Shown here: piece by piece, positions 56,886 to 64,000 of the stretch
Numbering within the stretch: position 1 is the first letter of the stretch
How the letters are laid out: every line of letters begins with the position of its first letter
NCBI GenBank assembly: GCA_034530875.2
Contig: JAVRCJ020000014.1
Location: 32,001 to 96,000, forward strand
Source: Nostoc sp. DedSLP01
Lineage (GTDB): Bacteria; Cyanobacteriota; Cyanobacteriia; Cyanobacteriales; Nostocaceae
Length of the DNA stretch: 64,000 bases
Direction of reading: 5' to 3'
Notes under the pieces: generated by a model
Seen by the model: only the letters and a program-made list of their open reading frames with translations
What the model was told of the DNA's origin: nothing
Databases searched by the model: none
Program-made: the position numbers and the translations under genes

Positions 56886-59108
56886 ATGCAACAACAGTAC
56901 GGCAAATTAGTAGATTCTCTCAAATCTGCATCTGCATTACTAAATTTGGAACGGAAATCACAACTGCATCAAGATGTTATTAGTATTTGTAATTATCTGA
57001 CTAATCCTAGTTTTCGGATTGCGGTATTTGGGCCTTTTAATCATGGTAAGTCTACATTATTAAATGCGATGTTGGGGAATCGCACTTTACCGATTGATTT
57101 AATTCCTACTACAGGTGCGGCGATTACTGTTAAGTATGGTTCTGATGTGCGGACTCGTATCATGTTGGTAGATGGTACAGAAATTTACCGCAGTGGAACG
57201 GAAGTTTTACAGCAATTTGCTATTCTTGATGGAAATAGACAGATGCGCAAAGATGTAGCATCTGTGGAAGTTTTTTGTCCTCATCCCTTTTTAGAAACGG
57301 GTGTGGAATTTCTCGATCTACCGGGAACTAACGATCGCGAAGAACAAGATAATTTAGTACGAGAACAACTTTTAAGTGCAGATTTAGTTATACAATTATT
57401 AGATGCACGCAAGTTAATGACTTTGGGCGAACGAGAAAACTTGCGAGATTGGCTATTAGACCGGGGAATTAAAACAGTTATTTTTGTTGCTAATTTTATT
57501 AATTTATTAGAACCTGAAGAACAAAAACAAGTTCAAAATCGCTTATTGTTTGTTGCGGAAAGTTTTCGAGCAGATTTACCTCCAGGTTATAGTAATTTAT
57601 ATCGTGTTGATGCTTTACCTGCTTTACGAGCTAGATTAAAAGGCGATGTTGCAGAAGCTAATAGTAGCGGTTTAGTGGCTTTTGAAACTGCTTTGCAAAA
57701 TATTGTGGGGATTTTACAACAAAATCGTGGTAGTGTAAGCTTGCCAAGAGTAGAGGCGATCGCTACTCAAATTCAACAATTATTAAAAGCAAAAATTGAC
57801 CCCCTTGCAAACGAAGTAAAATCTCTTGTTGACAAACAAAATGCTAAAGTTGAAATCAAAGAGAAAGCTGTAAATTTAATTAAACAAGGTTTTGCAACTA
57901 GTATTTCTGAATTACGCGATTGGTTAGCTTTACCGAAACTTTTAGCCAAATATCAAGCTGATGCTTCGGTTGCACTGGCAGAAAATAATTTTCAATCGTG
58001 GCAAACAAACACTCTCAAAAAAGACCTGAATCAATTACAGTTAGCTACGGTGAAATGGCTTTATCAAGCTTATGAGTTTTTCCAAGCAGAAAGACCACAG
58101 GATTTATCAATTCCTTTCCCTAGCGAACCACAAATAACATTACCTCCTAAACCTACTAATTATGGCGATTTGAGTGAAACTGGTTCCATTGCAGTTGGTG
58201 GTGGTATTGGTTGGTTGTTGGGTGGTCCTGTGGGTGCTGCTGTCGTTGGCAGTATTTCTTATTTGTTAAATAAGAATATGCAACAACTAGAAGTAAAATC
58301 AGCTAATGAATATTATCATCAGCAAATTGCAAAACTTTGCATAGATGCAACAGAAAATTATTTCTCTCGTTTTAGTAGTCAAGCATTATTAATTTTGGCT
58401 GAACACGAGCAAAAAGCTGAAAAAGTGATTTACTTAGAAGTCAGTCAAGAACCGTTAGAAATTACTAATAAACGTCAGGATTTACAGCAGTTACAAAATG
58501 GTTTTAATGAATTGTTACGAGAGTTAGAAAAGGCAAAAATATCTACTAATTATCAACCTTATCAAGAAATTCCCAAATCTAAAACTGTAAATCATCGATA
58601 TTCACCGCAACCAGAGAAAGTTAAAACTTCTCCCGAACCGCAACAGAATACTGCTAAAAATCCCGAGAAAAAAGTAGAATCTCCTCGTCAACAAGTTTCT
58701 CCACCGCCGAAAACTTCTGCTTCTCCCCGTCCAGAAGAAGTGGATGCAAAATTTCGTAATTGGGAACTTGATGAGGAAATTGCACGAATGAAAGCACAAA
58801 TGCATAGCCGTAAGGCTTATCATCAGACATCAGCTGGTTCTGAAACTAGCAAACAGCAAAATACAACTCAAAACAATAAAATACCAAATTTACCTAAAAC
58901 CCAGGCACAAAAAGATAAGATTGTTCGCGCTTATAGTATTTTAGGCTTGCAAAGTACTGCTTCTTTGGCTGAAATAAAACAAGCTTATAGAAATTTAGTA
59001 AAACAATGGCATCCAGATTTATTTGTTGGTAAGCCACAACTCCAAAAACAAGCAGAAGAGAAAATGCACTTAGTGAATGAAGCTTACACAATTTTGACTG
59101 AAAATTAA
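56886..59108 (+). CDS. Second dynamin-family GTPase with a C-terminal DnaJ (J) domain
   Basis: GPFNHGKST, LPIDLIPTT, DLPGTND; Gly-rich hydrophobic segment; AYSILGL...IKQAYRNLVKQWHPD...VNEAY. Confidence 0.9.
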   Translation: MQQQYGKLVDSLKSASALLNLERKSQLHQDVISICNYLTNPSFRIAVFGPFNHGKSTLLNAMLGNRTLPIDLIPTTGAAITVKYGSDVRTRIMLVDGTEIYRSGTEVLQQFAILDGNRQMRKDVASVEVFCPHPFLETGVEFLDLPGTNDREEQDNLVREQLLSADLVIQLLDARKLMTLGERENLRDWLLDRGIKTVIFVANFINLLEPEEQKQVQNRLLFVAESFRADLPPGYSNLYRVDALPALRARLKGDVAEANSSGLVAFETALQNIVGILQQNRGSVSLPRVEAIATQIQQLLKAKIDPLANEVKSLVDKQNAKVEIKEKAVNLIKQGFATSISELRDWLALPKLLAKYQADASVALAENNFQSWQTNTLKKDLNQLQLATVKWLYQAYEFFQAERPQDLSIPFPSEPQITLPPKPTNYGDLSETGSIAVGGGIGWLLGGPVGAAVVGSISYLLNKNMQQLEVKSANEYYHQQIAKLCIDATENYFSRFSSQALLILAEHEQKAEKVIYLEVSQEPLEITNKRQDLQQLQNGFNELLRELEKAKISTNYQPYQEIPKSKTVNHRYSPQPEKVKTSPEPQQNTAKNPEKKVESPRQQVSPPPKTSASPRPEEVDAKFRNWELDEEIARMKAQMHSRKAYHQTSAGSETSKQQNTTQNNKIPNLPKTQAQKDKIVRAYSILGLQSTASLAEIKQAYRNLVKQWHPDLFVGKPQLQKQAEEKMHLVNEAYTILTEN

Positions 59109-59190
59109 AAAGAAGAATTCAGAATGTAATTAGCAACACATGCTTGGGTCAAGACGCGACACCAGTCGCTACAACGTGCAGGGCTGTTTC

Positions 59191-59318
59191 ATATTATGTC
59201 CGGCAAATTGCTCTTAATATGTCATTGCGAACGGAACGTAGTGGAGTGAAGCAATCACAAGGACTCTGCGATTGCTTCACTTCGTTCGCAATGACGGGCA
59301 TTTTAACGGACATGATAT
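59191..59318. repeat. MITE-like element (ATATTATGTCCG...CGGACATGATAT) with a GTCATTGCGA...TCGCAATGAC REP-like cargo
   Basis: Nested inverted repeats read directly. Confidence 0.75.
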
Positions 59319-59410
59319 CATTCCCCAAAGAGCTTTAAAAATCAAGAGTTATAGCAATTAAAAATTACAAATGTTTGATTTTATATAATTTATCTGCTTA
59401 TGGCAAAAGC

Positions 59411-61138
59411 CTACTTTTTATTTACCTGCAACCAAATCTCTAAACTTACCAACAACCAAAGTTTAACACCATAACGTCCCCAAATATCGCCTTTATAATC
59501 TAGCCAGTTATGTAGTAAAGACTGATTTAAATAAGACGCGATCGCACTTTTTTTATCTAACAATAATTTTCTCGCTTCTCGTTGCCAATACTTGCGAAAT
59601 CCCAAGTGTACGGGTACCATCATCCCGCTTTTAGGACGATGAATAATTGCTTGTGGTAAAATATCAGCCACGGCTTGTTTGAGTACTGCTTTTTCTTCAA
59701 CTCCAGAAAGCTTATATTTTGGAGGAATTTGCATACTCAAGTCTACAACTCGCTGGTCAAAAAGTGGCGATCGCCCATGTAAATCTGCTGCTTGCGTTAA
59801 GTTATTTACCTTTGTCAAAATGTGATCGGCTCCCTTAAATTTAATATTCAATGCCATCAATCTATTTAAATAACTTACATGAGAATTTAAATCAGTCGAA
59901 AATACAGACGGTTCTGTTTCAACTGCTGCCCAAACTTCTGATTTAAAAAGTTGCGGTAAATCTAAGGCAGATTTTTGAAAAGCAATGAGATATGCTTGTA
60001 AAGAATCTTGATTATTAATTGAACCATATAAGCTATTAATTAGCATCGGCTGATTTTTTGGGCCGCCAAAACAGGGGTCGCCACCTTCACCATTGAGGAT
60101 AACTTGTACATCTCGCCGTGCCATTTTTCCTAAAAGAAAATTTGGTACTGTTAGCGGATCGCCAATCGGATCGTCAAGATACGCCATTGTTTCTGGTAGG
60201 CGTTCCCACATATCTTTAAAAGTAATTTCTAGAATGTGGTGTTGAGTTTGACAATGTTCGGCAACCAAACTAGAAAATTCTAATTCATTGGGACATTCAG
60301 CACCAAAATGAATTGAGTAAGTATGGACTGGTAAATAATGAAATTGTGCTGCTAAAGCGGTGATACTGCTAGAGTCTAAACCACCAGAAAGGAAAACACC
60401 AACAGGCGCATTTTGGGGTAAGTATTCTCGAACAACTCTATTTAATAAAGAACGCAACTGTTCGCCATGCCATACTAAAGATTCATTCTCCCCTGTAATC
60501 TGCTGTTGCAATTCCCAGTAAGTATTAATTTTCTCTGAAGGCATTTCGATAACAGTTCCCGGACGCACTTCTCGCACCTGTTCCCAAAGCGTGCGTTCTC
60601 CCGGTACAAAGGCGCAACAGAGATAATCCCGCAACGCCACCAAATCGACATCGTTTGTACGATAAGATGCAAGCGATCGCATTTTTGGCGCGGCGGCGCG
60701 AATTGCACCAGTATTAGTGTAATAGAGAGTCCGGCTACCAATGCGATCGCGTCCCAGCCATAATATTTGCCGTTGGCGATCCCAAACCACTAACCCAAAC
60801 ATTCCCACCAAAAATTTCAGAGATTCGCAACCAAATTTTTCCCAAAGTTCAGCAATCAATTGACAATTGTTTTGAGAAAAATTATTGGCATCGGCTCCTA
60901 ATTTTTGTAGCAACTCCAGTCTATTACTTAACCAAACATCTCCAACAACCACAAATTTTTCGCTGCGACTGATGGCAAATTGTTCTGTAGTCAGTGCAGA
61001 AATCACTGCAAAATTGTCATCTCGCCAGACTACATCTGCTGTTAAATTATTTACTTTTCCCCAAACTACATACCAGCTAGAAGGAACTTTTATAGATGAA
61101 ATCGTAGATTGAGAATTTTTGAAAATATTGAATAACAT
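59411..61138 (-). CDS. Asparagine synthetase B-like ATP pyrophosphatase lacking the N-terminal Cys
   Basis: GMFGLVVWD, RDRIG, FLSGGLDSS, GEGGD, RSPLFD, RPKSG; start placed at MLFNIF. Confidence 0.85.
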   Translation of the reverse strand: MLFNIFKNSQSTISSIKVPSSWYVVWGKVNNLTADVVWRDDNFAVISALTTEQFAISRSEKFVVVGDVWLSNRLELLQKLGADANNFSQNNCQLIAELWEKFGCESLKFLVGMFGLVVWDRQRQILWLGRDRIGSRTLYYTNTGAIRAAAPKMRSLASYRTNDVDLVALRDYLCCAFVPGERTLWEQVREVRPGTVIEMPSEKINTYWELQQQITGENESLVWHGEQLRSLLNRVVREYLPQNAPVGVFLSGGLDSSSITALAAQFHYLPVHTYSIHFGAECPNELEFSSLVAEHCQTQHHILEITFKDMWERLPETMAYLDDPIGDPLTVPNFLLGKMARRDVQVILNGEGGDPCFGGPKNQPMLINSLYGSINNQDSLQAYLIAFQKSALDLPQLFKSEVWAAVETEPSVFSTDLNSHVSYLNRLMALNIKFKGADHILTKVNNLTQAADLHGRSPLFDQRVVDLSMQIPPKYKLSGVEEKAVLKQAVADILPQAIIHRPKSGMMVPVHLGFRKYWQREARKLLLDKKSAIASYLNQSLLHNWLDYKGDIWGRYGVKLWLLVSLEIWLQVNKK

Positions 61139-61175
61139 AGTGATTACATCGGTAATGATTTGAAACAATTAATTA

Positions 61176-61503
61176 AGAGGATGTTTGAAAAGTCCTCTTA
61201 TTGGTAACAAAACGCTTTAGATCCCCCTAAATCACCCTTAAAAAGGGGGACTTTGATTCTGGTTCCCCCCTTAAAAAGCTACCGTGTACACACAAGTTAT
61301 CGAATCACTACCAGTCCTTTCTTTACCCCACCCTAACCCTCCCCTTATAAAGGGGAGGGAACGAGATTCTCTTGTTTCCCCCCTTTATAAGGGGGGATTC
61401 AGGGGGGTAATTGGACTTGTGTTTACACCGCAGCTTTTTAAGGGGGTTAGAGGAGATCGATAAATGCTTGAAATTACAGCCAACCACTTTTCAAACAACC
61501 TCT
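61176..61503. repeat. Nested MITE-like elements
   Basis: Outer ends AGAGGATGTTTGAAAAGT / ACTTTTCAAACAACCTCT; inner 61279-61433 CTACCGTGTACACACAAGT...ACTTGTGTTTACACCGCAG carries the same hairpin repeat as the DUF559 locus, reversed. Confidence 0.85.
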
Positions 61504-61613
61504 AAGAGGGAACAGAAAAATCCTCATAATTAAAATTAGTAACGTACTGTCAAAAAATTAGGGTGCGTTGCGCTTGGCGACAACACACCCTACATGAATT
61601 TTTTGGCTGAATG

Positions 61614-61829
61614 TTAAGTTTTTGGTTTAATATAAGCGATCGCTTGTTTCCAAACAGTAGTTTGCTCGCTGTTTTCATTAACAATGCATACACAATGCGG
61701 GTCTTGCCATAAAACCCTGCCAGCGATGATATCGCCAGTCAGCAACTTAAACTCTGCTGGCATTGCTTGTTTAATCAGGCTTTGAACTTGTTTAATACTA
61801 GGCAAAGAGGTGTCAAATTCAGTAATCAT
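61614..61829 (-). CDS. hfq: Cyanobacterial Hfq homologue
   Basis: FDTSLPSIKQVQ...KLLTGD...GRVLWQD...WKQAIAY; divergent from dapF. Confidence 0.9.
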   Translation of the reverse strand: MITEFDTSLPSIKQVQSLIKQAMPAEFKLLTGDIIAGRVLWQDPHCVCIVNENSEQTTVWKQAIAYIKPKT

Positions 61830-61961
61830 AGTCATTAGTCATTGAATATTGGACATTGGGCATTGGGCATCGGGCATTGGGCATTGGTTATTTACTAATG
61901 ACTAATGACTAATGACTAATTACCAATGAGAAAACACAAATATAATTTATTGATTTTGGAA

Positions 61962-62807
61962 ATGGCAATCGAATTTACTAAGTATCACGGTCTAGGCAAC
62001 GACTTTATTCTGATTGACAATCGCTCGTCATCTCTGCCTGTAGTGACTCCAGAGCAAGCCGTCAAGTTGTGCGATCGCCATTTTGGTATCGGTGCTGATG
62101 GTGTTATTTTTGCCTTACCTGGAGAAAACGGCACTGACTACACGATGCGGATTTTCAATTCCGACGGCTCAGAACCGGAAATGTGTGGAAATGGTATTCG
62201 CTGTTTAGCTGCGTTTTTGGCAGAAATCTCGGAGTCTTCATCTTCTGAATCTTCCATCACATATCGGATTCATACCCTGGCTGGTACGATTACGCCCCAA
62301 ATTCTACCTAATGGTCAAGTAAAGGTGGATATGGGTTTGCCCAGGTTACTTGCTGCTGAAATTCCTACTACCCTCGCACCTGCGGAAGAAAAAGTTATTA
62401 ATCGGCCTTTAGAAGTAGCAGGGCAAACTTGGGAAGTGACTTGTGTCAGTATGGGAAATCCCCACTGCATTACCTTTGTGGAAGATGTCGCCGCCATTGA
62501 GCTAGAAACTATAGGTCCCAAATTTGAGCATCACCCGGCTTTTCCCCAACGGACAAATACTGAATTTATTCAAATAGTGCGCCGTGACTATCTGAAAATG
62601 CGCGTGTGGGAACGGGGCGCTGGAATTACCTTGGCTTGCGGTACTGGTGCTTGCGCTTCCTTGGTGGCTGGCGTGTTGACTGGAAAATGCGATCGCAATG
62701 CCACTGTAGAATTACCAGGCGGGCCGCTACAAATTGAATGGTCACAAAGCGATGGACGAGTTTACATGACAGGCCCAGCCGATCGGGTATTCACGGGTAA
62801 ACTATAA
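61962..62807 (+). CDS. dapF: Diaminopimelate epimerase
   Basis: [38 protein letters not shown]. Confidence 0.97.
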   Translation: MAIEFTKYHGLGNDFILIDNRSSSLPVVTPEQAVKLCDRHFGIGADGVIFALPGENGTDYTMRIFNSDGSEPEMCGNGIRCLAAFLAEISESSSSESSITYRIHTLAGTITPQILPNGQVKVDMGLPRLLAAEIPTTLAPAEEKVINRPLEVAGQTWEVTCVSMGNPHCITFVEDVAAIELETIGPKFEHHPAFPQRTNTEFIQIVRRDYLKMRVWERGAGITLACGTGACASLVAGVLTGKCDRNATVELPGGPLQIEWSQSDGRVYMTGPADRVFTGKL

Positions 62808-63468
62808 CTGATTTACTATTGGCATTACTTAGATAGTAGTGCCATAGAAGTCTAGCACCGATCGCTCGCCACGGACTCCAATGCTGTGTCATTGCTTCTA
62901 ATTCTGCTGGTGTGGGACGTGTCGCCAATCCCTTAAGCTTTTGTAAAGCGATCGCTAATCCTAAATCGCCCTTAGGAAAGACATCAGGACGTTGCAGCGC
63001 CATCAGCAAATAAATATCAACTGTCCAGTCTCCAATACCTTTAAGGCGTTTTAACTCAGTTCTGATAGCAGTGTCGTCCATTGTTGAGAGCTTGCTGAGG
63101 TCAAGCTGACCGCTGGCGATCGCATTTGCCAACCCACGACAGTATAAAATCTTTTGCCGACTGAATCCAATTACTTTTAATTGAGCATCATCCAATGTCA
63201 AAAAATTTTCTGGTGTTAACGTTGGCACAACACTACAAAGCCTTGTAAATACCGCCAAGGCAGCTGCTAAGGAAACTTGTTGTTCTAAAATTATACGCAC
63301 AAGAGTTGGAAAGCCAGGTTCTCTATGCCATATCGGGGGAGGCCCCAGTGCTTCTAAAATCCGAGCCAAATCCTTGTCAAGATTAGCAAGCACTATCAAA
63401 CCGCGGGTTAAATTTTCTTCAGTCAGTGATTCTATTTCAGGTCTTTGAGTCATTTTGAAAAATATCAC
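62791..63468 (-). CDS. alkA: DNA-3-methyladenine glycosylase II (HhH-GPD)
   Basis: [29 protein letters not shown]. Confidence 0.88.
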   Translation of the reverse strand: MIFFKMTQRPEIESLTEENLTRGLIVLANLDKDLARILEALGPPPIWHREPGFPTLVRIILEQQVSLAAALAVFTRLCSVVPTLTPENFLTLDDAQLKVIGFSRQKILYCRGLANAIASGQLDLSKLSTMDDTAIRTELKRLKGIGDWTVDIYLLMALQRPDVFPKGDLGLAIALQKLKGLATRPTPAELEAMTQHWSPWRAIGARLLWHYYLSNANSKSVIVYP

Positions 63469-64000
63469 TTATGGTTAAAATCTCTGTGCTTTAGAGCTTT
63501 ACCATGTCCCCGCACTCCTACTTTTCGATATAGTTTTTCACCTTTAACAATCTCTTCATATTGCTGCTCGTAGGGAGTGAATCTAATAGATTCTTGTCTT
63601 CCTAGACCCAAGATACCAAAGGTACAAAGGCTATTATAAAATAGTTCGTGTACGCGTTTTTGGAGTATTTGGTTGAAATATATCAAGACATTACGACAAA
63701 GGATGACATTAAACTCATTAAATGAACTGTCTGTGGCTAAATTATGCTGAGCAAAAACAATATTTTCTCTTAATGATGCTCTAAAAATAGCATTGTCATA
63801 AGCTGCCGTATAATATTCAGAAAAAGACCTTTTACCACCTGCTTTTAGGTAAAGGTGAGTGTATTCCTGCATTAACTTTAGGGGAAAAATACCACTTTTG
63901 GCATTTTGTAATACTTTCTCGTTAGTATCAGTAGCATATATGCGACAACGGTGATAAAGTCCTTCTTCTTCGAGTAAAATTGCCATTGAATAAACTTCTT
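63465..64000 (-). CDS. cheR: CheR-type protein-glutamate methyltransferase, 5'-truncated by the window edge
   Basis: EEVYSMAILL, IYATD, FAQHNL, ILCRNVLIYF. Confidence 0.92.
   Translation of the reverse strand, partial: EVYSMAILLEEEGLYHRCRIYATDTNEKVLQNAKSGIFPLKLMQEYTHLYLKAGGKRSFSEYYTAAYDNAIFRASLRENIVFAQHNLATDSSFNEFNVILCRNVLIYFNQILQKRVHELFYNSLCTFGILGLGRQESIRFTPYEQQYEEIVKGEKLYRKVGVRGHGKALKHRDFNHK

Noticed and set aside
59411..61503. Lasso peptide gene cluster
   Set aside because: No precursor, RRE/B1 or B2 protease gene near the AsnB-like gene

Overview
Chromosomal window from a heterocystous filamentous cyanobacterium (Nostocales). Evidence: abundant HIP1 GCGATCGC, STRR heptamer repeats, psbX, ycf66, cyAbrB, cyanobacterial Hfq and a BDLP1 orthologue. 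A housekeeping backbone (sdhB, accC, tRNA-Leu, cobM, lgt, coaD-cdv3, plsC, tadA, grxC, glpX, hemA, ygfZ, cysK, hfq, dapF, alkA, cheR) is interrupted by accessory patches. At 0-6 kb: aspartyl protease, PIN and HicBA toxin-antitoxin pairs, a 21-bp array and a CHAT-NB-ARC-TPR gene. At 32.8-35.5 kb: an orphan HTH gene, a TPR remnant and an IS4 element. At 40-42.2 kb: a LuxR-HTH gene with a divergent micro-gene, and YefM/YoeB. At 46-59 kb: Uma2, RelBE, NACHT-HEAT, DUF559 inside repeats, a second 21-bp array with an orphan gene, and a dynamin pair. Best candidates for undescribed biology: (1) 21-bp tandem arrays whose variation is codon-phased, one sitting upstream of a basic helical orphan protein; (2) two independent modules of a large gene, a divergent micro-gene and an iterated operator-like motif, one micro-protein carrying a duplicated QLEIPGME clamp-like motif; (3) a DUF559 nuclease enclosed by a hairpin/TIR repeat family that recurs without the gene; (4) a candidate sRNA between lgt and cobM. 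All family assignments are from motif recognition by eye; no database searches were run.
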